Assembly (NCBI GenBank): GCA_951406725.2
Contig: OX597818.1
Span: 82,832,001-82,896,000, forward strand
Reading direction: 5' to 3'
Origin: Octopus vulgaris
Lineage: Eukaryota
Length of the DNA stretch: 64,000 nt
Shown here: piece by piece, positions 27,795-41,120 of the stretch
How positions within the stretch are numbered: position 1 is the stretch's first letter
Layout: each line of letters starts with the position of its first letter
Translations under genes and position numbers: made by a program
The notes under the pieces: generated by a model
Seen by the model: only the letters and a program-made list of their open reading frames with translations
Database searches by the model: none
Told to the model about the DNA's origin: nothing

Positions 27795-28203
27795 AAAAGT
27801 CAAAAAAGAAAATGCTAGATAATTTTATACTAAATCTTTCAGTACCGGTTTCGGTCATTTTGAGACCTTTTCAACTGTAACGATTAAATAATTAAATTTA
27901 GAAAAATTAGAAGAAAAGTTTTTTTATAGGAATATTTCTATAGTAGTGTTCAGATATGAGTGGCATTCTGCCTTTCTCTGACCCTTGTTTGCACTCAAGT
28001 GCAAACAAGGGAGTCAGAAAAGCAGAATGCCACTCATATCTGAACACTACTATAAATATTCCTATAAAAAACTTTTCTTCTAATTTTTCTAAATTTAATT
28101 ATTTAATCGTTACAGTTGAAAAGGTCTCAAAATGGCCGAAACCGGTACTGAAAGATTTACTATAAAATTATCTTAGCATTTTCTATTTTTGACTTGTTTT
28201 TTC
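27791..28203. repeat. About 205-bp-arm near-perfect palindrome between TA tracts, with a hammerhead-like fold in each arm (27840-27877 minus, 28113-28150 plus)
   Basis: Arms pair around ttgcac-tcaa-gtgcaa (about 27996); cag|ttgaaaa|ggtc-tcaaaat-g(a/g)cc|gaaac-cg-gta|ctg. Confidence 0.85.
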
Positions 28204-28241
28204 ATATATATCAACTCGTGTGTTCCTTTCCACCCTTATAC

Positions 28242-28287
<46 letters not shown>

Positions 28288-28352
28288 ATACATACATACA
28301 TACATACATTTATATATACATATATACATACATACCTATAATCAAGGATAAC

Positions 28353-28871
28353 ATTTTCAGCAATTTCATCATTGGCCACCATATTAAAGAATACCTTTTA
28401 AGGTGAAAATTATAAACAACTTAGAAATAAGGGCAAAAGAAAAGAATCTATACCAAATATGCCGAGAATAGATTTCAAATCTTTAGTAACTACGTATCAT
28501 TCATCACTATAATCACATGTCTTGAAGCAAGCTGAGAAAAATTTCTAAAATATTTCGTTATTACAGAATCGATCCGATTTTTGAGTTAATTCATAAAGAA
28601 TATTCTCGTCATCAGCAGTAAATACGTTAAGAGATATACGAAATAATTACTTGCACCCATGGAACAAACAGACGCAAAGTAATGTGTACTCTTAAATACC
28701 CCAGATATATCCAAATGGAAATTTGAAGTACATCTCGAGAACGTGAGATCGGACTGAAAATTCTCATAGAGTAGGAGACAATCTTTTGCCCTTATTTATA
28801 AGTTGTTTATAATTTTCACCTTAACAGGTATTTTTTTAATATGCTGGCCACTGATGAATTTTTTTGAAAAT
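28353..28871. mobile_element. MITE-like element with about 90-bp terminal inverted repeats
   Basis: 28353-28440 (..aaggtgaaaattataaacaacttagaaataagggcaaaaga) is the reverse complement of 28783-28871. Confidence 0.7.
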
Positions 28872-28926
28872 TCTTGCTATATCATATGTAAATTTATTAT
28901 CATTCACTTCCTACTCTAATGCATAA

Positions 28927-28964
<38 letters not shown>

Positions 28965-29023
28965 CATTCACAGCCTTGGATTTTTATCTCATTCTGAAAA
29001 AAACTTTATATACATATATATAT

Positions 29024-29845
29024 ATAAAGGTTAATCCAAAAGTCACTGAAGTGTTGTAATGGTTAATAATTCTTTTATGTTTTTACTTTTGTTCCAGGGA
29101 TTTTATAGATTAGGACCTGGAAATAAATTATGGGAATATATGGCACTGCACAACGCACCCAAGTGGTGAAAATGTTCTATCAAAATTAGGGGTCAATTAT
29201 TCAAGCCCCAAAGAAAATTGCACCGCAATTGCAATTACGCTGGATGACATAATCGGGCCTTATATCTTCGAGGAGGATGATGGGAATGCTGTCACCGTGA
29301 CTGGTAAGTGGTACAGGTCCATAAGCAGGAACATTTTGCGATTCAAAATTGGCCTGATATAGCGTTTGAGCAAGATGAGGCAACCGCTCATACCGCAAGA
29401 GAGATAATACAGTTGCTGAAGCAATATTTTGGAGCAAGAATCCCCTCTCGCTACTGCGACGTCAACAGGCCATCGCGTTCCCCAGACATGACCAGCCCTG
29501 AGCAGTGGGAGCACTTCAAGAAGTAGGTTTATCCCCACAAATCAGAGAACACTGGCGCAATTGAAAGAGAATATCACTAGAGAAATATGAAAACTGAAAC
29601 CTGAAACCCTTAGAGCTGCCGTGAAAAATATTTTGGAAAGGACACGGATGTGTGGAGCTGAATATAGATACCATTTAAAAGATATCATTTTTCATACGTA
29701 ATTTAGAGGCATGAGGAAAAAGAACTAATGCAGAATTAATCTCCATTATCTCCTCTATATTCAATTAAAGTTCTATAACCTATTTGTAAAAATAAGGGAG
29801 TTATTAAAAATTAAATATGCTCAGATATTTTTCGGCCACCCTGTA
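29024..29845 (+). mobile_element. Internally deleted Tc1/mariner element, rosa/DD41D-like
   Basis: QRTQVVKMFYQN N-terminus, IIGPYIFE...VTVT, FEQDEATAHTA...RPSRSPDMT (FQQDGAxAH and WPPRSPDL motifs); right end ggccaccctg-TA. Confidence 0.8.
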
Positions 29846-32359
29846 CATATACATATATGAGATATAATATATTGCAATATAATTTGATAAATTAAAGTAT
29901 ATATATATACATATACCTGAATGTATGTATGGATAAATTTATGTATACATATATATATGTGTGTGTGTGTATCTATGTATATAGAATCTAATGAAATTTT
30001 AAAATAATACATAAATTGAATTGCCACATAAATTTCAAGTATCAAAAACTGAACCTTTTGAGAGTGTAAATATCATTTGGCTTGAAAAGTAATAACATAG
30101 ACAGACGCATATGCATTCACATATGTACGCTTATCCGCGCCCACTAAAATGCCATGATATACACGCAGATACACAGACACACAGATAGGGACACAGACAC
30201 ACTCACACATAATGCGTGGATGAGCATATGTATTCATGTACCTTTGTAGCTACATATATTCATATATGCATTAAAAAATGAAAATAAACTTAAATTTAAA
30301 CAACAACCTTTATCACAAATTTCTAGAGTATATTGCATACATGTATACATGTAAACATATATAACAACTTTTTACTGCAAATCTAATGATGATAGCGCGA
30401 AAAACGCAAAACTCATACACAGAACGTCGCATAGACATTCTTACTATTACACATATGTTCATATGTACCTAATGCAACTTACACGAAAACACATGATTAC
30501 AACAAAACCAAGCAGATATGTGGCTTACATACATGTAAAACAGACACAGACAGGAATTTTCTAGAAAAAATGTATACATAACATGGAATAATAAAAGAAA
30601 AATATATACCTAAGAAACTGAAGAGATCAATGATGTTATGAAAAAAAATATTTTTAGAAATAGCAATTTAAGTTTTTTCATATTACCATTCGATTGGTTT
30701 TGTACATATTTTAGCCATTATTTTACGATAACCTCAGCAATGTTATTGCTCCATCATTTTTGTTATATAAAACCTATAAACCTGCAATTCTCATGATTGA
30801 AACCTTTGTTTTACCTATCATATTGTGGGTTTTCTTGTTTGTGTTTTTTTTTTTCTAGTTAAAGTGTAATTATTTTTTTCTGTGTGAACGAATTACTATG
30901 TAACAACATACAATTTTCGTTTGTATGAATAACATTTCTAAAATAAAGCAGTTTGAAGTATTACTTTGGTCCAGCGGTAGGACGCCGGTTATGCTTAAAG
31001 GAAATACGGGTTCGAAACACACGGCAGTATTCGAAGTAGAAGCAATGGTTTGAAAATATTTAGATGTTGCTTTAATAGCTTTACGTGTGCGCTTCACGGC
31101 AGCGTAAAAGAGAATGTGCCCTTCTTTATTTTAATACAAATAAGGCATCTTAAGCTGATTTGGTTGCTATTTCTTTCAGATCTTCTCTTGTTGACGCCGG
31201 TTATGAAAGAGGATTTTGCTCAATCGTAACAATGTACACAATATTTCTGTTATGAGCGAGCAAATGCTGCTTATTTCAGGTAAGTCGGAATGGCCTTATG
31301 ATGTGTTCTAGACGTAGAAAGTATTCGTGGGTTACTATTTCAGTAAGATTTCTGTGGATTACTTATAATGAAATACGTTTAAATGTTTCATTAAAATATA
31401 TTTTTCAGCTGTGCATATTTGACAGCACGGTGTTCCGTTTGCGTTGGACATGCTACACTTCACAATTGATCATTCAATATGCATAACGTTCACATATTGC
31501 TCTTTCAGCCTCTGAAGTTCCTTCATAAAGCCGTGACATTACATTCTTTGTCATACTTGAAGTTGGATGTATGGTTGAGGAAACGTTTCTTGAATCTATC
31601 ATCCCATATTCACATGTCATTTATTTCAACGCTTCACTACACTCTTAGAATGCTATGTTAGCGCTGTTGCCTTACTTTGGTATTTAACATTAAGTGAGAA
31701 GTTTTCTTCTTCTTGTAATTACATTCAGGTTCCTGATTTCAATTCTTCACATCTGAAAAATGTGATCTTTTAATGAGACATTCTATGTAAAAAAAAAAAG
31801 GAAAAAAAAAGAAAAAACGAAAAGAAAAAATATTACATTGAAATGCCGATAAAGAGTAAATACTACGTAGCGAATTATATGAAGGAGATAAAAGCCAATG
31901 ATCTTGCCAAAGCTAAACAACAAAAGTTTACTAATAAAGCTTCAACAACAGATCCATTAGCATTTTCTACAACTTCTTTCGCTGAAATGCCATGCGTGAA
32001 ACACATCTTTCATACTAAAATTTAATGCATCAGAGGAGCATGATACTAAGGATCAACAAATGTCAACGGAATGAACCTATAAACTAAGGTAAAATTGTGT
32101 TAATTGGTTTAACAATTGATCCTTGTTCTCAATTAAAAACTATCAAAATAAAAAGGAAAATATTTGACTACTTTTCAAACCCACTTTATCAGTTTCATAC
32201 AGGTATTGCTTCTGTATTAAACGGATGAGACACATATATCCCTTGGGCTAAGACACAAGCATTTTTTCTAAGTAAGCATATTTTATTCTTTCTGAACTCC
32301 CACTGATACTGGCAGAAGGGAACAATTTCATTTTCCCATTATTTCTGGAAGTGCATAAT

Positions 32360-32990
32360 GGCGGTGAAATGGTAGAGTCGCTAGCGGTTCGGATAAAATA
32401 TTTAGCGGCATTTCTTCCGAATCTATGATCACATATCGCCGGGAACAACTTAGTTTTACATCATTTTGGAGTCAAGGAAATAAGTATTAGGATCAATATA
32501 AACAAGTAACAGAGTCGATATAATCAGCATGATCATCACACAAGATTACTGACCATGAGTCAAAATTTTAAATTATCATCATCATAGTTAATATGGCGAT
32601 CTGGCAGAATAGTTAGCAGACCGGATAAAATACCAAACAGCATTTCGTTCGACCGTCTGTTCTGAGTGAAATTCTGCCGAGGTTGACTTTGCTTTTCAAC
32701 CTTTCGGGCTCGGTAAAATAAGTACCAATTACATAGTGGGTTCGATCTAATCGACTATGCACTTCTCCGGCAGAAAAAAACCCCAAACAATTCAGGCTTT
32801 GTGCCTATAGTAGATAGACCGGCGGAAAAAATGCCTTTCGTTACTTCCACCCCCCAGTTCTTGCTGCTCTGAATTCAAATCAGGCTGAGGTTAATTTTTC
32901 TCTTCACCCTTTCGAGGACGATAAAGTAAGTACCACTCAAGTATTGATGTCGACGTAATCTAATTATCTCCTTTCTTCACGATCGTTCGT
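32360..32990 (+). mobile_element. Three tandem degenerate SINE family B copies
   Basis: Repeated ggcg..ggcagaat.gttagca and gccgaggttgactttgc..ataagtacca motifs. Confidence 0.7.
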
Positions 32991-33009
32991 TTATTGCCAA
33001 GTCTTTTTA

Positions 33010-33485
33010 CCCACACCACCTCTTCCTCCCCTTCTTCCTCTTCCTCTTCTGTTACCTCCCCCTCCTCCTCTTCTCCTTTCTCATCCTCCTACTCTTCCTA
33101 GTCTTCTTCTTCTTCCTCATCTTTCCTTCCTCCACCTCATCCTCACCTCTTCCTCCTTCTTTACCTATTCTTCTCTTCCTCTTTCTTTTCCTATTCCTCC
33201 AATCCCCCTGCTCCTCCTCCTCAGCATCATCATCGTCGACACCATTTTCATCATCTTCATTGTTACCATTATCGTTATCATCGTTGTAGTCATCATCATC
33301 ATCATAATCATCTTTATCCACATTGTCCTCAACGTCACGATCATCATCGTTACCTTCGTCATGATTTTCATCATCTTCATGGTTATCATCATCGATATCA
33401 TCGTTGTCGTCGTCATCATATTCATCCCCCCCTCTTCCTCCTCTTCCTCATGATCATTGTCATCAACGTCATCATCTCTCTCTAT
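33010..33485. repeat. Low-complexity (CCT/CTT)n and (TCA)n tract
   Basis: Directly visible; produces D/E/K-rich pseudo-ORFs. Confidence 0.9.
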
Positions 33486-34009
33486 ATATAAAGTCATGTA
33501 TATATGAATATATAAGTCAGTAAATGGTGGGGTTGTGTTAACCGCACGTGGAGAAAAGATAGGAGAGGAAAAGATAATAAGGCAAAATGCTAAATTGAAA
33601 GTAAATTTTAATAAAAATGGGTGTATGAAAACAAAAACGAAAACAGAAGTCAAACCGGCAAAGTTTCAAGATTTTATATATTATATATATATATGTGTAT
33701 GTATAGGTTCATGTAACTGTGTGTGTGTGTTTGTGTGTGTATGCGTGCGATAAAAATTCATTACAAGGTCCTATACAATTTCTAAATATTTATTTGCCAC
33801 TTGGATCTGTCACTGCAATAGTAGCTTTACTAGAATAGAGAAGAATAGGGGATATATACTTATATATCTATGTGTATACACACACACATATATAGGGATA
33901 TATCTGCGTGTATATATGCAAATCTCTCTCTCTTTGTGTATTATATCGTTTGTAGAAAACATAAATCCGAAAGAAGCATACTCTAAGACGTAGAGCAGTA
34001 TATGATAAT

Positions 34010-34240
34010 AATGGAGACGGCCGGTGTATGGGATTACCTTAGGTTACCCGTCCATAAGGGCTTTAACTTCATGGCATATCGTCAGAACACAAAAACATGT
34101 TGGCCCATGGCCTATTAAAATATGGAGTGAAGCATTTCCCCCTCCATTTTTTAAGAAGTTATGGGCCAACATGTTTTCGGGATCTGACATTATGCCATAA
34201 AGCTAAACCTAAGGTAATCCCATAAACCAGCCTCCCCATT
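34010..34240. mobile_element. Imperfect fold-back (MITE-like palindrome)
   Basis: tatgggattaccttaggtt/aacctaaggtaatcccata, aaaacatgttggcccat/atgggccaacatgtttt and ttaaaa.atggag/ctccattttttaa form nested pairs. Confidence 0.75.
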
Positions 34241-34244
34241 TTTA

Positions 34245-34322
<78 letters not shown>

Positions 34323-35076
34323 ATATATATACATACATACACACACTAAGATATAAACATATATAGATATATATATATATATATCATATACAGGTAAACA
34401 AATAGATATAGTTATTTTTATAGACAGACACCCAGGCAGACAGATAACTAAGTATATTGATGTAAGGTGATATCTATTTTATTTCACTGTCTACAATACT
34501 TTAGTATAAAAGCATCCATACAATTATATGTTATTAAATAATTGCATTTAACAGTACGAAAATAAAAGCTAGAACATTAAGTGAACAGCAAAAAAATGCA
34601 CACATACACACATATACAAACTCACGCACAAACGAACATACGCATATATTTATATAAAATTGAGTTCTTCTCCATAAGGTAATCAAGAAGGTTATTCTTC
34701 TTAGCTTAAGGCTTTTTCGCAACATTTCTGCTTAAAGAACACACGAGAAAATAGAGAGTATTGTGGAAAATAAGTGTGGATTGCATCATGTGCTATTCAA
34801 TATTTTTACTTCAAGGAAATTTAAAACGGATTCACAAGATTTGAAAATGTATAATATAAGATTTTACTCATTCGATGCCAACATTCTTCAGTCTACTTAA
34901 TGTACATATACATTAAGCATACACTACACAGACAGACAGACACATACACGCACATACACACACACGCACTCACAAACACACAGATATGTAAATACAAATA
35001 TATATACACATCATATATCAATATGAGTATATACATAAATATAAATGTATATATACATATGTATGTGCATATATAA

Positions 35077-35122
<46 letters not shown>

Positions 35123-35772
35123 GTACATATATATGCATGCATATACATGTATGTATGTTTATGTATATGTATGCAAGCACATATATACATAAGTATGTAT
35201 GTGTGTGTGTGTGCGTGCACACATCATTTGCTGTTATATCATATGAGGAATGTATTGAATATCTCTGCACTACTTCTGCTTGGCAATAACAATCTTTGTG
35301 GCATTAAAAACAGTGCAATTTTTAACAGGAAATGTAACCGAATCTTGTGTCGCGTGAAGAATTTTCATTAGAAACTGTGAATAAAATTATAACATTTGTC
35401 AAATTTACTTTGATTAGTTAATATTAATATTGACAGAATTACCAGGGGATGGGTCACTTGGCAGAATGCCGGATTAGTTGTCTTGCTGCATTTAATCTCG
35501 CATTTTTACCTTTTGTATTTAAATCCAGATGAGTTGCTTGTCATCCCAGTTGGATTTATAAAATAATTATCGGTCAATTACACGGAATCGATGCGATTTA
35601 ATGCACCCGTCATCTAGAAATATGTGGACACGTGCCAAGATTATGGTGGTATGAAATATTCTGAAGAACACGTGACTAAGTGATTTTCAGGATTTAGTTT
35701 TATGTCTTCATGTTCGCAGTTCCATTTGTGTCTTCGTCGACTTTGATTTTCATTGCCAGTAAAATATTACAA

Positions 35773-35970
35773 TATGATATGGTGTTTCAAAGCTCCTAAC
35801 TTTAGATAAAAGAAAATGTAATTATGATTTTATTCCACATATTCCATTCTCAGCTTCACACACTTATTGCAGCGGTCCATAAGCTCTGTAATAGAATTCG
35901 TAATGTTGAGCCTCCAACCAGGCATTTCTGGATACCCTTAAAGCCAGAAACTTTTCAGCACCCTCTTGTA
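35773..35970. mobile_element. Mariner-derived MITE
   Basis: Right end aaagccagaaacttttcagcaccctcttg-TA; degenerate left end ggtgtttcaaagctcctaacttt; includes acacacttattgcagcgg (reverse of a mariner 3' coding end). Confidence 0.55.
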
Positions 35971-36149
35971 AATGTATTTGATTCCTCTTTCCTCCCTTAT
36001 CTGGGGCTTTGTGTTCTTGTTACATAATATATTTCGGGTTAAATGAAAAGTATCTTTGCTTGGAAATACTATTTTTTAAATCCTGTCTGTTGTCTGTGTG
36101 TTTGATATATTTAAACGTAAATGACTAAGAAAATCGATGCCAAAGGTGA

Positions 36150-36353
36150 TAATCCTTTCTACTATAGGCACGAGGCCTGAAATTTTGCGTGAAGGGCAAA
36201 TCGATCACATCAACTCCAGAGCGTAACTGGTATTTATTTCACCGACCCCAAAAGATGAAAGGCAAAGTCAATCTCAGCGGAATTTGAAAGACGGACGAAA
36301 TTCTGTTACGCATTTTGCCCGCCGTGCTGAGGAATTTGCCAGCTCCCTGCCTT
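36150..36353 (-). mobile_element. SINE family B
   Basis: gatgaaaggcaaagtcaatctcagcggaatttgaa..tgccagctccctgcctt. Confidence 0.8.
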
Positions 36354-37209
36354 AATAGAGTTAATAATAACACTGATTCATAGCGGTGACTGTAAGACAC
36401 AGAGACAGAAATATAATCCTATGTCATTTTCTTCACACCTTTAAGCTTTCTACAGACAGATAATAAGCAATCTATGCATGCAAGCTTCTCAACGCGATGT
36501 CTTTTAACACTATCACAAACAAAACCTGAAGCATATGATATTTTGATCAAATATTGACTTCATTCTGCAACATCCTCAACAAAACCATTTGAAATGTTAT
36601 AAAACAAATGTAAAAATGTTGCCATAAAGAAGGTTAGCTAATAGGATCGCTACTATATTCAAAGACTGAAATAAAATCTTGCCAGCCTATGGAGCCCTTT
36701 TCTTCACAAAATTTGTCGTATAAGTTTTATAGATATAGAGGAAAATACAAAATCAGCCTGCTCAGCTGCTTCGCAGAATACACGTTTGTGAGGATGGAGA
36801 TTATGAAAACGGATTATATAAAAAAAGCATATACGAAAAAAATTCCTGTATCATTGTCTCCATAGACTTACGATGTTATTGCTGCCAATAAAGTTCTATC
36901 CGCCAACTGTAGAAACAAACGTGAAAAATATTTGCAATGCGAATTATTACATATAAATAACTTTGGATTGAGCCCCGCATTCAGGTATATTGAGAGTGAG
37001 CAGTTTTGTCGAGAAGAAGCAACATATGCCCATATGCTACCAAATAATTCCTCATTGTAATAAAAACATCTGGTTCAGTATACTCATTTTCAGTTTCGTG
37101 GCGGATATTAATATGGAAAATAGCTTCCTTTAATCTGGTCACACCTACCACATAAGTATTTTTAGGAACACCACTTGAAAAGTTATCCATAGTTGCACTA
37201 GTAATATTT

Positions 37210-37660
37210 GCTTCAATCCTTGGTTGAAGGCTAGCAATTTCGGGTGAGGATGAAGTCGGTTATATCGACCCTAGTGTTCAAATTGTATCTACTTTTAACG
37301 AATCCGAAAAGATGAAACGTAAATTTGACCTTGACTGAACTTGAGCTTGGAACGTAATGAAATTAAGTATTTGCGTTTTGAGACCAATGGATTTTAACCG
37401 GAATACTAAAGATTCCGCTAACTTACCGCTTTTGTTACAATAGTAATATTAAAAAATTTAGTTAAGGCGGTGATATGGAAGAATCTGTAGCACCCCGAGG
37501 AAAATGCTTTGTGCTATTTCGTCCAGTTTAACGTTCCAATTTCGCCGAGGTCGACTTTGCCTTTCATCCTTTCGGATTCGATAAATTATCAGTTGAGTCC
37601 ATGTAATCGATTATACCCTCTCCACTGATATTGCTGTCCGTGTGCCAAACTTTGAAACCA
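37210..37660. mobile_element. Head-to-head pair of SINE family B copies (- 37210-37430, + 37464-37660)
   Basis: Family motifs on opposite strands about 35 nt apart. Confidence 0.7.
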
Positions 37661-37727
37661 ACATTAAAAATATAAGCAATAATAAATCTCAGAACGAGTT
37701 ATAAACAGTAGCTACAACACATCGTGG

Positions 37728-37895
37728 CGTATATTTACCATTTAAATATGACTAACCCCTAAGGGTGGATGCTACTGTAGTTTGTAGCCCCAGAAAGTGT
37801 GTCTATAGCCAGCTGGCGGAGATGTCCTCCTGGGGCTACAAACTACAGTAGCATACACCCTTAGGGGTTAGCCATATTTAAATGGCAAATATACG
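37728..37895. mobile_element. 168-bp palindromic MITE-like element with 66-bp arms
   Basis: 37728-37793 versus 37830-37895 match at 63 of 66 positions by eye; 36-nt spacer. Confidence 0.85.
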
Positions 37896-38688
37896 ATTAA
37901 AAATATAGTTTCTTATGTAAAAGGATAGAAATCCTGAGACAAACTCAGCACCAGGTCACAATTGTTAGTGCATCATTAAAAGGTTATAACATCCCCTCTT
38001 ATAGGTAAATAATTTAGCAAAGTTTTGGTACAATGTATCAAAGTGAAGTTAGTAAAATCGAAGTGACTATACCTACAAAGATTAATAGTATAAAATTTTA
38101 AAAACTTAACACAGATATTTCAAGCACACATGTTTCCTTAGAAACCCAGAGAAACAAAATACCACCTCTCTGTCTCAATACTTTTGGTAACCGTGATATC
38201 GGATAACAACAAATTTCAAATTTAGATGTCCAGTGATATAATAAGCGAAACCATATTTAGGAAAATTGGGTACGTGCCTTCTCTGAGTCAATAGAACATT
38301 ATTTCTATTCTCATCTCTTATAAATTAAAAAGAAATTGAGCTGGTTACGAAATCTAGCTGTAGGAATAAATACATTCTCGAAATTGGTTATTCAGTAGCT
38401 TGACTATAATGCAAGCGCATATGATCGGTTTCCTTCAAGTTCACCATAACATTTGAAATTCATAAAAAAAAACCTTTTTCTTGCTTCAAACACGAAACGA
38501 ACAGAAGCCGTATATTCTCTGTAAAGTTTCATATATAGAAATGCTACAATATATTTACGAGAAAATCTGCAGATTCTATACTACTGCTGTGCCTATTCAT
38601 TTTAACAATGCAGATTAAGTGACTTGATTCTGTTTGCTGCATGCTATATTTACTAGTGTCTTGACCGACAAAAATTAAGTATAAACAT

Positions 38689-38878
38689 AGGCGCAGGAGT
38701 CTCTATCTGCGCAGGAGTGGCTGTATGGTAAGTAGCTTATTTACCAACCATATGGTTCTGGGATCAGTCCCACAGCGTGGAACCTTGTGCAAGTGTCTTC
38801 TACTATAGCCTCGGGCCGACCAAAGCCTTGTGAGTGGATCTGGAAGACAGAAACTGAAAGAAGCCCGTCGTATATATG

Positions 38879-38934
<56 letters not shown>

Positions 38935-39148
38935 AGTGTGTGTGCATATGTTTGTGTGTCTGTGTTTTTCCCCCAACATCGCTTGACAACCGATGCTGGT
39001 GTGTTTACTTAGCGGTTCGACAAAAGAGACCGATAGAATAAGTACTAGGCTTGCAAAGATAAGTCCTGGGGTCGATGTGCTCGACAAAAGGCGGCACTCT
39101 AGCATGGTCGCAGTCAAATGACTGAAACAAGTAAAAGAGTAAAAGAGT
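38689..39148 (+). mobile_element. SINE family A, full length, with a short duplicated 5' start
   Basis: aggcgcaggagt-ctctatct-gcgcaggagtggctgtatggtaag...gactgaaacaagtaaaagagtaaaagag. Confidence 0.9.
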
Positions 39149-39648
39149 ATACTTCCCCTCACTTTATGCACTCCTTAACATACAGTTTTTTAAAATTTAT
39201 TTTTGACTTGGTTTTAATTTGCCCGTTTTTTCCTTCAAATTATTCTCGAAACTCTTGCTTCGTATTCCTTTAATACATTTCAGCTTATTCCTTTTCCTGC
39301 TTTACTATTTAAATTCCAACCCTGCGTAGATCATGCCCACCCACCGGGTTTCACTTCTGCAAGAAACCATGTGTTTCCTAATCTTTCATAGCAGTTTATT
39401 TATTGTTTCACTTATTTCCGTTCTTATTCATGTTTGTTCTCAACACCAACATTTTAGTTCTAAATTTTATTCTTTTTATAAAACAAACTAAATTTTATAC
39501 AACTTACATCGCTCTCCCCACTCTCATTGAAATAATTTCAACACCTGTAATTCTATAATTCTTTTGCTCTTTGTCCTCACCCACTAAATTAACAGAATCC
39601 ACATAACACTTTATTTCCAGGTCTTCTGTGATTTTTAATAGCTTTCTG

Positions 39649-41120
39649 AAGGTGGCAAGTTCGCAAAATCGTTACCGCTTCAGACAAAATGCTTAGCAGC
39701 ATTTCTGCCGACTTTACTTTCTGCGTTCAAATACTGCTGAGGTCGACTTTACCTTTTATCCTTTCAGGGTCGCTAAAATCAGTACCAGTTGATGACTGGT
39801 GTCGATGTACTCGACTTCTATACTCGACAAATTGGCTGGCTTTGTACCAAAATAAGAAATGATTACTAATTACGTTTCTTTGAAATTTAGACAGTCGTAT
39901 CTAATTAGACTTCCTCCCTCCTTTCCTTATTAAAATAAAGAAAAACATGAATTTCTTTTCTTCTCGAACTTCATGTTGTTTTATGAAAGACACATTTCGA
40001 TACAGCCCAATCGCTTTCTTTCAAACTATATTCACATCTTTGGTTTATTTTTCTGTTTTTAATTTTGACTTCGGCGAACGCAAACTGGCAGAAACGTTAG
40101 CACGCCGGGCGAAATGCTGAATGGTATTTCGTCTGTCGTTACGTTCTGAGTTCAAATTCCGTCAAGGTCGACTTTGCCTTTCATCATTTCGGGATCGATT
40201 AAATAAGTACCAGTTAAGCACTGAGGTCGATATAATCGACTTAATCAGTTTGTCTCTCCTTGTTTGTCCCCCTTGTAGGCAGTAAAGAAATAAGAAACGT
40301 TAGAATGCTGGAAGAAATGCTTAGCGGTATTTCGTCTGTCTTTACGTTCTGAATTCAAAATCTGCTGAGGTCGACTTTGCCTTTCATCCTTTCGGCGTCG
40401 ATAAATTAAGTACCAGTTGCATACGGGGGTAGATCTGATTGATTGACCCCCTTCCCAAACGTTTCGGCCCTTGCGCCTAGAGTAGAAAAGAATTTTGTCA
40501 CAAGGCCAGCAACATAGGAGTGATGGTTAAGTCCATTATATCGACCCAAGTGCTTCGCTGGTACTTATTTTATCGACTCCTAAAAGGATGAAAAGCAAAG
40601 TCGACTTCAGTGAATTGTGAACTTAGAACGTAAAGACCGACGAAATGCTTGTAAGCACTTTCCCCGGCGTATGCTTAACGATCTTGACAGCTCGCTGACT
40701 TTACATTTATATACATTGCTTTCAAATTTTGGCACAAGGCCAGCAATTTAAGGTAAGCCGAATACAGCGACTCCAATGCTCAACGGTATTAAACGGCTTT
40801 TATTTTGTTGATCCCTAAAGGATGAAAGGCAAAGTCGACACCTGCGGAATTTGAACTCAGAACGGGGACGGATAAAATGCTGGTGAGCATTTTTGCCTGA
40901 CAGGCTAACGATTCTTTTTTATTATAAACTCAAGGCCTCGAATTTGTGGGGAGGGGCATAGTCGACTACATCGACCCAGTATGTGATTGGTACTTAATTT
41001 ATCGACCCCGAAGTGATGAAAAGCAAAGTTGACCTCGGCGGAATTTGAACTCAGAACGTACCGGCAGACGAATTACGGCCACGCATTTCGCCCGGCGTAC
41101 TAAAGTTTCTGCCAGCTCGA
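39649..41120. mobile_element. Cluster of six SINE family B copies, three plus then three minus
   Basis: Plus at about 39649-39860, 40073-40290 and 40295-40491; minus at about 40493-40700, 40720-40915 and 40918-41120. Confidence 0.85.

Noticed and set aside
31180-31279. 100-nt segment between ttctttcAG and a perfect CAG|GTAAGT donor
   Set aside because: Stops in all three frames, and one such donor is expected by chance in this much sequence; at most a non-coding exon
33052-33653. Acidic/basic and poly-Met ORFs resembling nucleolar proteins
   Set aside because: Trinucleotide low-complexity tract, open in several frames, with no domain
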